Source: Candidatus Limnocylindrales bacterium
GTDB lineage: Bacteria; Chloroflexota; Limnocylindria; Limnocylindrales; CSP1-4
Length of the DNA stretch: 64,000 nucleotides
Assembly (NCBI GenBank): GCA_035693125.1
Contig: DASSHB010000039.1
Span: 613-64,612 of the forward strand
Reading direction: 5' to 3'
In this document: positions 55,531-64,000 of the stretch, in pieces
Layout of the letters: every line of letters starts with the position of its first letter
How positions within the stretch are numbered: the stretch's first letter is position 1
Made by a program: the position numbers and the translations under genes
Notes under the pieces: generated by a model
Databases searched by the model: none
What the model saw: only the letters and a program-made list of their open reading frames with translations
Told to the model about the DNA's origin: nothing

Positions 55531-56445
55531 CTAGAGGTCGCGGTCGAGCGGGATTCCCTCGGGGATGGGCTCGTCGGCGCCGCGGTCGTGGGCCGTCCGA
55601 CCCAGGACCTCGTCGAGGACGAGGTCGTCCATCCGAACGGTCTGGTCCGGACCGGGGAACGTTCCTGCGGCGACGTCCTCGCCGTAGGCGCGGGCGGCGG
55701 CGAGGATCGTGCCGCGCAGATCGGCATAGGGCTTGGCGTGCTTGGGATGCCACGCATCCCAGCCGAGGAGGTCGGTGATCACCTGGACCTGGCCGCTGCA
55801 GCCGGCCCCGGCCCCGATCCCGATCGTGGGGATCCGCAGCCGTTGGGTGATCGCGCCAGCGAGCTGCTCTGGGACCAGCTCCAGGACGATCGCGAAGGCG
55901 CCGGCCTCCTGGACGGCGAGCGCGTCGTGGAGGAGGGCCCGGGCCTGCTCGCGGCTCTTGCCGAGGACCCGGACCTTGCCGGCGGCGTTGGCCGCCTGGG
56001 GCGTCCAGCCGATGTGGCCCATCGTCGGGATCCCGGCCTTCACGAGTGCCTCGATGATCCGTGAGCTTCGGACGCCGCCCTCGATCTTCACCGCCTGGGC
56101 GCCCGCCTCGGCGAGGAACCGCCCCGCGTTCCCGACGGCGGCTTCTGGCGTCGCGTACGACAGGAACGGCATGTCGCCGACGACGAGGGCGTGCTTCGCC
56201 CCGCGGGTCACGGCCGCGGTGTGGTGGATCATGTCGGCCATCGAGACCGGGATCTCGTTCTCGTAGCCGAGCATCGCCCGGCCCAGCGAGTCGCCCACGA
56301 GCAGGAGCGGGATGCCCGCCTCGTCGAGGAGCTTGGCGGTGGGGTAGTCGTAGGCGGTCAGCATCGCGATCCGCTGGCCGTCTGCGTGCATCCGGGCGAT
56401 GTCGCCGACCGTCAGGCGGCGGACGGTCTCCGCGGTCGCACTCAT
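55531..56445 (-). CDS. panB: 3-methyl-2-oxobutanoate hydroxymethyltransferase (ketopantoate hydroxymethyltransferase)
   Basis: 'IAMLTAYDYPTAKLLDEAGIPLLLVGDSLG', 'VVGDMPFLSY' and 'GAQAVKIEGG' are PanB motifs. Confidence 0.9.
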   Translation of the reverse strand: MSATAETVRRLTVGDIARMHADGQRIAMLTAYDYPTAKLLDEAGIPLLLVGDSLGRAMLGYENEIPVSMADMIHHTAAVTRGAKHALVVGDMPFLSYATPEAAVGNAGRFLAEAGAQAVKIEGGVRSSRIIEALVKAGIPTMGHIGWTPQAANAAGKVRVLGKSREQARALLHDALAVQEAGAFAIVLELVPEQLAGAITQRLRIPTIGIGAGAGCSGQVQVITDLLGWDAWHPKHAKPYADLRGTILAAARAYGEDVAAGTFPGPDQTVRMDDLVLDEVLGRTAHDRGADEPIPEGIPLDRDL

Positions 56446-57797
56446 CGGCGTGTCTCCTGCGTCACGGCGTCAGTCTGCACCCCGGCCACGCGAGGGTCCA
56501 GCGCGGCGGCCACCCGATCGAGGATCTCATCGGCCACCTCTCGTTTCGTCAGGAGTGGCAGCTCGTCCCGCGAGCCGCCGGCCCCGAGGATCACGACCCG
56601 GTTCGTGTCCGTCCCGAAGCCGGAGCCCGCCTCCGCGACATCGTTGGCGACGAGGAGGTCGACGCCCTTTCGGCGCAGCTTCGCGGCGGCTCGATCGAGG
56701 GAGCCGGTCTCCGCCGCGAACCCGACGACGAACGGTCGGGTCGTCCGGTGGGGCGCGCTGAACTGCTCGCGCACGCCCAGCAGGATGTCCTCGGTCGGCT
56801 CGAGCTCGAGGGAGAGCCCCGCGTCACGGGTCAGCTTCGTCCCTGCGATGGAGCGCGGTCGGAAGTCGGCCACCGCCGCCGCCATGATCAGGACGTCGGC
56901 GCTCTCGGCGTCGCGGGAGACGGCCCGGGCCATCTCGGCAGTGGTCTCGACGCGGATGACGGACAGCCGCGGGTCTTCCGGAACCGGGACGGCGATGTGG
57001 CCGACGATCAGGGACACGAGCTTCGCGCCGCGATCGAGCGCGGCCTGGGCGACGGCGATCCCCATCTTCCCGGTCGAGCGGTTGCCGATGAACCGGACCG
57101 GGTCGATGGGCTCCGCGGTGCCGCCGGCCGTCACGACGATCCAGCGGCCCTCCAGGTCGGCGTCGCGCGCCGGCGCCACGAGGGGCGGTCGGGCGCCGGG
57201 ATCGGCGGCCCGCACCGGGTGGCCCGCGACCGCGCCGACCAGCGCGTCGACGATCGTCGCCGTCTCGGCGAGCCGTCCCTGGCCGGTCTGCCCGGACGCG
57301 AGCGGTCCGGCGCCTGGCTCGACGATCACGTAGCCGAAGTCGTCGCGGAGTCGGGCGACGTTCGAGCGCGTCGCGGGATGGGCATACATCTCACCGTCCA
57401 TCGCGGGCGCGACGACGACCGGCGCGGCCGTCGCGAGACAGGTGGCGGTGACGGCATCGCCAGCCAGTCCCGATGCCATCGCGGCCAGCCAGTGGGCCGT
57501 GGCCGGCGCCACGACGATGGCGTCCGCGCTGTCGGCGACGACGATGTGGCCGATCCGGTTGTCGGGCAGGAGGCCACCGACATCCGTCTCGACCGGGTGA
57601 CGGGTGAGGGCGGCGAACGTGAGCGGGCCCACGAAGCGAGCCGCCGAGGGGGTCATCAGGACGACGACGTCGGCGCCTTCGTCGCGCACGCGGCGGACGA
57701 GGTCCGCCGCCTTGTAGGCCGCGATCGAGCCGGTGACGCCGACCGCGATCAGGCGGCCGTCGAGCCGGCGTGGGGCGGAACGCCGGGATTCGCTCAT
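56442..57797 (-). CDS. coaBC: bifunctional phosphopantothenoylcysteine decarboxylase / phosphopantothenate--cysteine ligase
   Basis: Flavoprotein N-domain 'LIAVGVTGSIAAYKAADLVR'. CoaB domain 'VRFIGNRSTGKMGIAVA' and 'AAAVADFRP'. The ATG at 57795-57797 is used. It overlaps panB via ATGA. Confidence 0.9.
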   Translation of the reverse strand: MSESRRSAPRRLDGRLIAVGVTGSIAAYKAADLVRRVRDEGADVVVLMTPSAARFVGPLTFAALTRHPVETDVGGLLPDNRIGHIVVADSADAIVVAPATAHWLAAMASGLAGDAVTATCLATAAPVVVAPAMDGEMYAHPATRSNVARLRDDFGYVIVEPGAGPLASGQTGQGRLAETATIVDALVGAVAGHPVRAADPGARPPLVAPARDADLEGRWIVVTAGGTAEPIDPVRFIGNRSTGKMGIAVAQAALDRGAKLVSLIVGHIAVPVPEDPRLSVIRVETTAEMARAVSRDAESADVLIMAAAVADFRPRSIAGTKLTRDAGLSLELEPTEDILLGVREQFSAPHRTTRPFVVGFAAETGSLDRAAAKLRRKGVDLLVANDVAEAGSGFGTDTNRVVILGAGGSRDELPLLTKREVADEILDRVAAALDPRVAGVQTDAVTQETRR

Positions 57798-58609
57798 CCG
57801 GGGAGCCCGAGCTCGAGCGGGTGACCGCCGCCGACCTCGGCGTGGAGGATCGCAAGGCCCTTGAGGGTCAGGTCCGGATCGATCGCGTCGACCGCCTCGA
57901 TCGATCGAGCCCACGGCGCGGCCGACAGCCCGCCGGTCAGGACGACCCGGACGTCGCCGCGTTCGGCGCCCGAGGCGTCGGCGAGCTCGAGCCGGATCCG
58001 CGCGAGAAGACCTTCGACGAGCGACTGGTAGCCCAGGATCGCGCCGCTCTGGATCGCGCTCACGGTGTCCCGCCCGATCGCGCGGTCCGGCGCACGAAGC
58101 TCGATCCGTGGCAGCTTCGCCGTTCGCTGGGCGAGCGCGTCGAGGCCCAGCTCGAGGCCGGGCGCGATCGCCCCGCCGACGAACGCGCCGTCGGCGGCCA
58201 CGCAGTCGAAGGTCGTCGCCGTCCCGAGATCGACGACCACGGCCGGCGTCCCGTGGATCCGGGCAACCGCCAGCGCGTTGACGAGGCGATCGGGCCCGAC
58301 CTCCGCCGGCCGGTCCGTCCGGACCGCGATCGGGATCGTGCCGGCTGACGCGACGAGGAGGGGTCGCTCGCGCCGCGCGGCAACCGTCTCCAGTGCGCCC
58401 GTGACGGACGGAACCACGGACGCGGCGACGATCGACGAGACGTCCCCGAACGTCAGATCGTCGAGGGCGAGCAAGGCCCCGAGCAGGTGCTCCAGCTCGT
58501 CCGGCGACGTCCGGGCGCGGGTCGCCGCGCGGCGCGAGCCGGCGAGGACGCCGTTGCGGAACCGCCCGATCGTGACGTTCGTGTTGCCGACGTCGACCGC
58601 GAGGAGCAT
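57794..58609 (-). CDS. coaX: type III pantothenate kinase
   Basis: 'MLLAVDVGNTNVTIG', 'VVVDLGTATTFD' and 'VVLTGGLS' are type III PanK (CoaX) motifs. The ATG at 58607-58609 is used. It overlaps coaBC via ATGA. Confidence 0.85.
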   Translation of the reverse strand: MLLAVDVGNTNVTIGRFRNGVLAGSRRAATRARTSPDELEHLLGALLALDDLTFGDVSSIVAASVVPSVTGALETVAARRERPLLVASAGTIPIAVRTDRPAEVGPDRLVNALAVARIHGTPAVVVDLGTATTFDCVAADGAFVGGAIAPGLELGLDALAQRTAKLPRIELRAPDRAIGRDTVSAIQSGAILGYQSLVEGLLARIRLELADASGAERGDVRVVLTGGLSAAPWARSIEAVDAIDPDLTLKGLAILHAEVGGGHPLELGLPG

Positions 58610-58691
58610 GCGCGGATCATACGGGCCGTCGCATCGGCTCTCGGTCGCGCGTCCATCCGCCGCCCAACCCGCCCGCCGAGGAAGCCGACCG

Positions 58692-59441
58692 ATGGCCGCT
58701 CCGCACCCATTTCGAGCGTCGGTTCGGTGGCTCCCGATGAGCGCCGCCGTGCTCCTCGTCGCATGCAGCGCCGCCTCGCCGACCAGCCCTGCCACGCCTG
58801 CCGGGTCGCCGAGCGCGAGTGCGCCGCCACTGGGGGTCGTGTCGCCGTCAGTGTCCGTTTCGGTGGCCCCGTCGCCCGTTCCGACCGCCGCGCCCGCCTC
58901 CGTCGAGCCGAGCGAGGAACCGGAGCCCACTCCGGAGCCCACGCCGGTCCCCACGCCCGTCCCTTCGGACCTCGCCGCCTGCGGCGACGGCCAGGCCGCG
59001 CTCCTCGACCACCGATCGGAGGTTCCGGCGGACCTCCACTTCGGTGGCGCGACGCTCGAGTTCACCACCGCCGGGATCAGCCTCCGGAACGGCAGCTACG
59101 GTGCTGACGACGCGATCCCGGGCGGCCTGGGCCTCGACCGCGACGAGATCGCCGTCCGGGTCGATCCCGGGACGCACATCATCCTGCGGGGCACGGGGCT
59201 GACGTTGCGCGACCTCACGGCGGGATCGCATTCCTGGGCAGCGGTGGACTTCAGCGGCGGGCTCGCCGCCTTCCGCGACGATCCGGTCGGGCTCGACTGG
59301 CGACTGCGTGCCGACGGCTCGATCTCGGTGTCCGCCCCGCTGGCGCCCGGTGACTACGCGGTCGAGCTCTTCCCCCGATGGCAGTCCGCCTGCCTCGAAG
59401 GGGACGGGACGGCCTACGGGCGGATCAAGGTGAACGGCTGA
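58692..59441 (+). CDS. putative secreted lipoprotein (249 aa), function unknown
   Basis: The lipobox 'LLVACS' follows a basic n-region. The mature N-terminus is Pro/Ser/Thr/Glu-rich. Confidence 0.5.
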   Translation: MAAPHPFRASVRWLPMSAAVLLVACSAASPTSPATPAGSPSASAPPLGVVSPSVSVSVAPSPVPTAAPASVEPSEEPEPTPEPTPVPTPVPSDLAACGDGQAALLDHRSEVPADLHFGGATLEFTTAGISLRNGSYGADDAIPGGLGLDRDEIAVRVDPGTHIILRGTGLTLRDLTAGSHSWAAVDFSGGLAAFRDDPVGLDWRLRADGSISVSAPLAPGDYAVELFPRWQSACLEGDGTAYGRIKVNG

Positions 59442-59531
59442 CGATCCCGGCGGATTCGGCGTTCTGCTGGGGCGCGGCTGGGTTACCATCCTCCTCGCCC
59501 ACCGCCGCCCGTCTTCCCCAGGAGACCTGCC

Positions 59532-59966
59532 GTGTCGAGTGCTCCGACGGCCAAGTTCTTCGTGAACCATGGCGTCGTCTCGAGCCGCACCGACATGCAG
59601 AACATCCTGCGGCCGCTCCTGAAGCAGACGGTCTCCTACCGCTACCAGCGCGGGCGCGAGCTCGTGGCCCACGGCAGCGGCTGGGTCGAGCGGATCGTCG
59701 TCGATGATCCCGACACCTCGACCTACTTCACGCCGATCTCGATCAGCCTGAACGTCGACTCGTTCGAGCACCTCGAGTTCGAGACCCGGCCCGACCAGCT
59801 CCTCGTGTACAGCCTCGTCCAGGGCGATGAGCGGGTCATCATCGAGTACGCGCCCCTCGTCGTGAGCGCCGACGCGGATGCGCCGGCACCCGGCCAGCTC
59901 TCGTTCGACACGAGCGGCTTCGTCCAGATGGAGCTGCAGGGCCTCGCGATCGAGGAGGCGGACTAG
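59532..59966 (+). CDS. hypothetical protein (144 aa)
   Basis: GC3-rich ORF 'MSSAPTAKFFVNHGVVSSRTDMQNILRPLLKQTVSYRYQRGRELVAHGSGWVERIVVDDPD...'. No motif recognised. Confidence 0.45.
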   Translation: MSSAPTAKFFVNHGVVSSRTDMQNILRPLLKQTVSYRYQRGRELVAHGSGWVERIVVDDPDTSTYFTPISISLNVDSFEHLEFETRPDQLLVYSLVQGDERVIIEYAPLVVSADADAPAPGQLSFDTSGFVQMELQGLAIEEAD

Positions 59967-60109
59967 GCGATCCGCGGCCGGCTCGGCCGGCCGTCAGCGG
60001 CGGGGGGATTCGTACCGGGCCGGAGGAGGGGCCCGGCGGCTCAGGCGTCAGGCGCGGTCCGAGCCCGCGTTGGGCCACGGCGTGCCGAGGGAGAGGAGGG
60101 ACCGTCGGC

Positions 60110-61474
60110 TTGGACGGCATCGCGACCTACTTCAAGTTCTCCGAGCGGGGGACGAACCTGGCCACCGAGGTGCGGGCGGGCATCACGACCTTCATGGTCA
60201 TGGCCTACATCCTGTTCCTGAACGGGAACATCATCGCGAAGCCACTGGGTCTCGATCCTGTTGCCGTCTCGGCCGGGACCGCCCTCGTGGCCGGGATCAT
60301 GACGATCGCGATGGGGGTGTTCGGGAACTATCCCTTCGCCCTCGCCGCGGGCCTCGGGATCAATGCGATCGTGGCGTTCAGCCTCACGGCCAAGGGCCTC
60401 GACGCGAAGGGCGCAATGGGCGTCATCGTCCTGGAGGGCGTCGCGATCACGGTCCTCGTCGCCGTCGGGCTGCGCGAGGCGATCATGAACGCGGTGCCGC
60501 TGGCGCTGAAGCGCTCGATCGGCGTGGGCATCGGGCTGTTCATCCTGTTCATCGGGTTCGCCAACGGCGGGCTGATCGTGTCCGGGTGCGGGCCCGACTC
60601 GGCCGACCTCGGGTTCTGCAACGGCACCCTCGTGACCCTGTCATTTCCGACGACCCCGGCCCAATTCGTGTTCGTCCTGGGCCTGGTGCTGACCTTCGTG
60701 CTCTACGCCCGTGGCATCAAGGCCGCCCTGATCATCAGCATCGTCGGGACCACGATCATCGCGATGGCCGCGGGCGTCCAGCCCGTCAGCAGCGATCTGG
60801 TCCGGGCGCCCAGCTTCGCCACCCTGGGGCTCGGCCTCCAGGATCCCCTCCAGGTCTTCACGAAGCTCGGGCTCATCACCGCGCTGCTGACGATCTTCGC
60901 GATCATGCTCAGTGACTTCTTCGACACGATGGGGACGGTCACCGGCATCGCGGCGGAGGCGGGCCTCGCCCGCGAGGACGGCTCGGTGCCGGGCGTGGGA
61001 CGTGTCCTGCTGGTGGACTCGGTCGCCGCGATCGCCGGCGGCGTCGGCGGCGTCTCGTCGAACACGACCTACATCGAGAGCGCGGCGGGGGTCGCCGACG
61101 GCGGCCGGACGGGCATGGCCTCGGTGGTGACCGGGCTGCTGTTCCTGGCCGCGATCGTGCTGTCGCCGATCGCCGGCCTCATTCCCGCGCAGGCCACGGC
61201 GCCGGCCCTGGTCCTCGTGGGCTACCTGATGTTCGTGCTCGTCAAGGACATCGACGTCGCCAACATCGAGGACGGGCTCCCGGCGCTGCTCACGATGATC
61301 CTGATGCCGCTGACCTACGACATCACGGTCGGGATCGGGGCGGGCTTCGTCAGCTGGGTCCTGATCAAGTCGGTGCGCGGCAAGATGGGCGAGGTCCACC
61401 CGCTCGTCTGGGTGGTCTCGATCGCGTTCCTGGTCTTCTTCGCCAACACCTGGATCCAGTCCGTCGTGCACTGA
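60110..61474 (+). CDS. NCS2-family nucleobase permease (AzgA/PbuG/PurP-type adenine-guanine-hypoxanthine permease)
   Basis: 'MDGIATYFKFSERGTNLATEVRAGITTFMVMAYILFLN' is the AzgA-subfamily N-terminus. 454 aa, ~13 TM. Confidence 0.8.
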   Translation: MDGIATYFKFSERGTNLATEVRAGITTFMVMAYILFLNGNIIAKPLGLDPVAVSAGTALVAGIMTIAMGVFGNYPFALAAGLGINAIVAFSLTAKGLDAKGAMGVIVLEGVAITVLVAVGLREAIMNAVPLALKRSIGVGIGLFILFIGFANGGLIVSGCGPDSADLGFCNGTLVTLSFPTTPAQFVFVLGLVLTFVLYARGIKAALIISIVGTTIIAMAAGVQPVSSDLVRAPSFATLGLGLQDPLQVFTKLGLITALLTIFAIMLSDFFDTMGTVTGIAAEAGLAREDGSVPGVGRVLLVDSVAAIAGGVGGVSSNTTYIESAAGVADGGRTGMASVVTGLLFLAAIVLSPIAGLIPAQATAPALVLVGYLMFVLVKDIDVANIEDGLPALLTMILMPLTYDITVGIGAGFVSWVLIKSVRGKMGEVHPLVWVVSIAFLVFFANTWIQSVVH

Positions 61475-61502
61475 CGGTCTCCCAAGGCGACCCGACAGCG
61501 CG

Positions 61503-61547
61503 GCGCCCGGTCCCGGCTCCACTGCCGGACCGGGCGCTGCCTTGTCT
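61503..61547 (+). terminator. GC-rich hairpin (11-bp stem gcgcccggtcc/ggaccgggcgc) followed by a T-containing tract, downstream of the NCS2 permease
   Basis: Read from sequence. The weak U-tract makes intrinsic termination uncertain. Confidence 0.3.
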
Positions 61548-61630
61548 GCCCGGAGCTTGGTCGCACGCCGGTCCGGCACGCCCGGCCCCCCGACGGGCCG
61601 TCGACCGGGCGTCCTGTACCATCCCGACCG

Positions 61631-62902
61631 ATGTTCGAACGAACCGCGCTGCCGCACGGGCCGCGCGTGATCAGCGCCAGGCTCCCGGGCGCCCGTTCGG
61701 TCTCCATCGCGGCGTATGTCCTGGCCGGTTCGCGCCTGGAGACGCCCGAGCAGGCCGGCGTGGCCCACTTCATGGAGCACATCACGTTCAAGGGCACCGA
61801 GCGGTTCCCCTCGACCCGGGCGATCTCCGAGGCGATCGAGGGCGTGGGCGGGTCGTTCAACGCGGCCACGGACCGCGAGTCCACGGTCTACTGGGTCCGC
61901 GTCCCCCGTCGCGAGGCGACCCGCGCGATGGACGTGTTGGGCGAGCTGATCGTCCGGCCCAACCTCGACGAAGGCGAGATCGACGGCGAGCGGGCCGTGA
62001 TCGTCGAGGAGATCCGGTCCTATCTCGACGATCCGGCGGAGGCGGCCCAGATCCTCTTCCAGCAGGCGATGTTCGGGACCGGCGAGCTGGGCCGTGAGAT
62101 CTGCGGCGACGAGGACGGGATCCGGGCGCTCCCGTCCGAGACGATCCGCGACTTCTGGCGGACGACCTACCGGCCGGCGAACACGGTCATCGCGATCGCC
62201 GGCGACATCGGCCACGACGAGGCGACGGATCTCGCGGCCGGCGCGTTCGGGACGGGCAACGGGGTCGTGCCCGGGTTCGCGCCCGCGCCCGCCTTGCCGG
62301 CGGGCGAGCGCTCGATCCTCAAGGCCCGGCGCGACACGAGCCAGGCCCAGCTGATCGTCGGCGTGCCGGCCCTCGAGCGGGACCACCCCGACGCGTGGAT
62401 CCTGGCCGTCCTGAACGCGATCCTCGGCGACGGGATGTCGAGCCGGCTGTTCCTGTCGGTCCGCGAGGCCCAGGGGCTGGCCTACGACGTGTCGTCGGGC
62501 CTTGTCGACTACGCCGACGCCGGTTCGCTCGAAGTCTCGGCGGGCGTCGACCCGACGCGGCTCCCGGCCGCCCTCGACGCCGTCCTCGCCGAGCTGGCCC
62601 GGCTCCGGGACGAGCTCGTGCCCGAGGACGAGCTGGCGAAGACGAAGGCGTACCTGTCCGGTGGGCTCGAGCTGCGAATGGACGAGACGCGCCATCTCGC
62701 CTCGTGGATCGGTGGCCAGGAGGCCCTCCACGATCGCGTCCTCGATCTGGACGAGGCCCTCGCCCACGTGGCGTCCGTGTCCGCGAGCGACGTCCAGCGG
62801 CTGGCCGGCGAGCTGTTCCGGGACGACGGCCTGCGCCTGGCGGTCGTCGCGCCGACCCGCCACCTGCGCGGCCTCGAGCGGCGCCTGCGGCTGCCGGCAT
62901 GA
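61631..62902 (+). CDS. M16-family (pitrilysin/insulinase-like) zinc peptidase
   Basis: Inverted zinc motif 'HFMEH' (HxxEH) followed by 'FKGT' and the downstream Glu-rich region '[11 protein letters not shown]'. Confidence 0.8.
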   Translation: MFERTALPHGPRVISARLPGARSVSIAAYVLAGSRLETPEQAGVAHFMEHITFKGTERFPSTRAISEAIEGVGGSFNAATDRESTVYWVRVPRREATRAMDVLGELIVRPNLDEGEIDGERAVIVEEIRSYLDDPAEAAQILFQQAMFGTGELGREICGDEDGIRALPSETIRDFWRTTYRPANTVIAIAGDIGHDEATDLAAGAFGTGNGVVPGFAPAPALPAGERSILKARRDTSQAQLIVGVPALERDHPDAWILAVLNAILGDGMSSRLFLSVREAQGLAYDVSSGLVDYADAGSLEVSAGVDPTRLPAALDAVLAELARLRDELVPEDELAKTKAYLSGGLELRMDETRHLASWIGGQEALHDRVLDLDEALAHVASVSASDVQRLAGELFRDDGLRLAVVAPTRHLRGLERRLRLPA

Positions 62903-63798
62903 GGACGAGCGAGACCTTGGAGACGCGCCCGGTGCGGGACCCGGACCTGATCCTGGCCCGGGTCCACCTCCGGCTCGGAACGCTCGGCCTCGCGCGGGTG
63001 GAGCTCGAGACGATCGCGGGCCGCGGCGAGCTCGACGACGACGGCGTCCGCGACCTGGCGGAAGCGCGCTGGCGGACGGGCGACATCGCGGGGGCCGGCG
63101 AGGCGGCGAGCGCCTATCTCGAGACGCAGCCGGGCGACATCCTGGGCCTCGTGATCGCGGCGGAAGCGCAGGCGGCGTCGGGGCGTCCGGGCGAGGCCCG
63201 CCGGCTGGCCGGCCTCGCGATCGACCGCGCCGACGGCTCGCTCGACCCGATCTTCGCCGGAATGCCGAAGAGCGCGATCTGGCCGATCGAGCCCGGCGCC
63301 GCCGCCGGACCGGCCGGCGTGCTGTTCGACGACCTGCATCCCGGCCCCCACGCCGTTCCGGCCCTCGAACAGGACGACGCGCAGCCGCTCGATCCGCGAC
63401 CCGAGGCTCCGATCGACGGACCGAGCCTGTGGGGCGACGATGCCCCGGGCGAGCATGCGACCGCCGCTCCGACCGACGCCGGCGCGCGCTTCCGCCAGGC
63501 TCGCGAGGCCCTGGACGCCGGGCGCCCGGCCGACGCCGCCGCCGCGCTCCTGCTGGCCCTGCGCGGCTCTCCTTCGATCGCCCCGGCCGTCCTCGACCTG
63601 CTGGCCGGCCGGAGCGAGCCGATCCTGGCGGTTGTCCGCGGCGACGCGTCCGCGATCGTGGGCCACGACGTCGATGCGATGCGCGATCATGCTGCCGCGG
63701 CCGCGATCCTCGACGAGCGCTCTCCGGCGACCACCGCCGAACCCGAGGCGGCGGATCCCGCCCCGATCGACCCACCCCCCGACCAGGAGATTTCGTGA
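62899..63798 (+). CDS. hypothetical acidic, Ala/Pro-rich protein (possible TPR-like repeats)
   Basis: The ATG at 62899 overlaps the M16 stop (ATGA). 299 aa, low complexity toward the C-terminus. Confidence 0.4.
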   Translation: MRTSETLETRPVRDPDLILARVHLRLGTLGLARVELETIAGRGELDDDGVRDLAEARWRTGDIAGAGEAASAYLETQPGDILGLVIAAEAQAASGRPGEARRLAGLAIDRADGSLDPIFAGMPKSAIWPIEPGAAAGPAGVLFDDLHPGPHAVPALEQDDAQPLDPRPEAPIDGPSLWGDDAPGEHATAAPTDAGARFRQAREALDAGRPADAAAALLLALRGSPSIAPAVLDLLAGRSEPILAVVRGDASAIVGHDVDAMRDHAAAAAILDERSPATTAEPEAADPAPIDPPPDQEIS

Positions 63799-64000
63799 AC
63801 GAACGCACCCTCGTCCTGATCAAGCCCGACGGCGTCCAGCGCCTGCTGACGGGCCGGATCCTCGCACGCTACGAAGACCGCGGCCTGAAGCTCGTGGGAC
63901 TGAAGCTCATCCACGTCACGCGCGATCTCGCCGAGCGCCATTACGCGGTCCATCGCGAGAAGCCGTTCTTCCGCGGCCTGGTCGACTTCATCACCAGCGC
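63795..64000 (+). CDS. ndk: nucleoside diphosphate kinase, 5' part (continues past window end)
   Basis: '[57 protein letters not shown]' is the Ndk N-terminus. The GTG at 63795 overlaps the upstream stop. Confidence 0.85.
   Translation, partial: MNERTLVLIKPDGVQRLLTGRILARYEDRGLKLVGLKLIHVTRDLAERHYAVHREKPFFRGLVDFITS

Noticed and set aside
59967-60109. Purine riboswitch upstream of the NCS2 nucleobase permease.
   Set aside because: The leader is GC-rich hairpin sequence. It lacks the conserved purine-riboswitch core (U-rich junction, 'UAUA...GGGA...CCGUAAAU'-like elements).
1-64000. Looked for tRNA/rRNA genes, CRISPR arrays, and integrase/transposase or insertion-sequence (IS) inverted repeats.
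   Set aside because: No tRNA T-arm signature (GGTTCGAATCC-like) appears in any intergenic region. There are no regularly spaced direct repeats. No ORF has integrase, transposase or phage motifs. I found no mobile or prophage element.

Overview
This is a 64 kb stretch of high-GC (roughly 70%) bacterial chromosome. Its gene content and organisation look actinobacterial: leaderless or GTG starts and frequent 4-nt ATGA/GTGA start/stop overlaps. I can support about 58 protein-coding features. I found no rRNA, tRNA, CRISPR array, integrase or transposase.

Recognisable modules:
- Purine: urate oxidase at the 5' end, and an NCS2 purine permease near 60 kb.
- Secreted peptidases: an S8 subtilase and a possible clan-CD peptidase.
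- NHEJ: Ku followed by a three-domain LigD.
- Regulators and transport: a MerR-MFS pair, a TetR with a two-gene ABC pair, and AzlCD.
- An F420-type LLM oxidoreductase.
- A DUF255 thioredoxin-domain protein with a 4-bp-overlapping zinc-ribbon microprotein and a Nudix/MBL-like fusion.
- A Mug-type DNA glycosylase with an adjacent TatA-like microgene.
- An AcuC/HDAC-family deacetylase.
- An XRE regulator divergent from an Lhr helicase, Fpg/Nei glycosylase and small ORF operon (Lhr-Nei2 type) with a candidate SOS box.
- Gamma-glutamyltransferase, DegV and glutamate dehydrogenase.
- A panC / membrane protein / panB / coaBC / coaX block.
- An M16 peptidase, and the 5' end of ndk.

The most interesting region is 31.3-39.7 kb. 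It holds cyanophycinase (cphB), a full-length cyanophycin synthetase (cphA, with N, ATP-grasp and Mur-ligase domains) and a DUF2071 gene. Convergent on it is a second CphA paralogue that keeps the N-terminal domain and the Mur-ligase (M) domain but lacks the ATP-grasp (G) domain. That paralogue is divergently paired with an M20 peptidase and RidA. I propose this as a candidate undescribed cyanophycin-modifying or auxiliary polymer system.

All functional calls come from reading motifs in the supplied translations. No database search was run.
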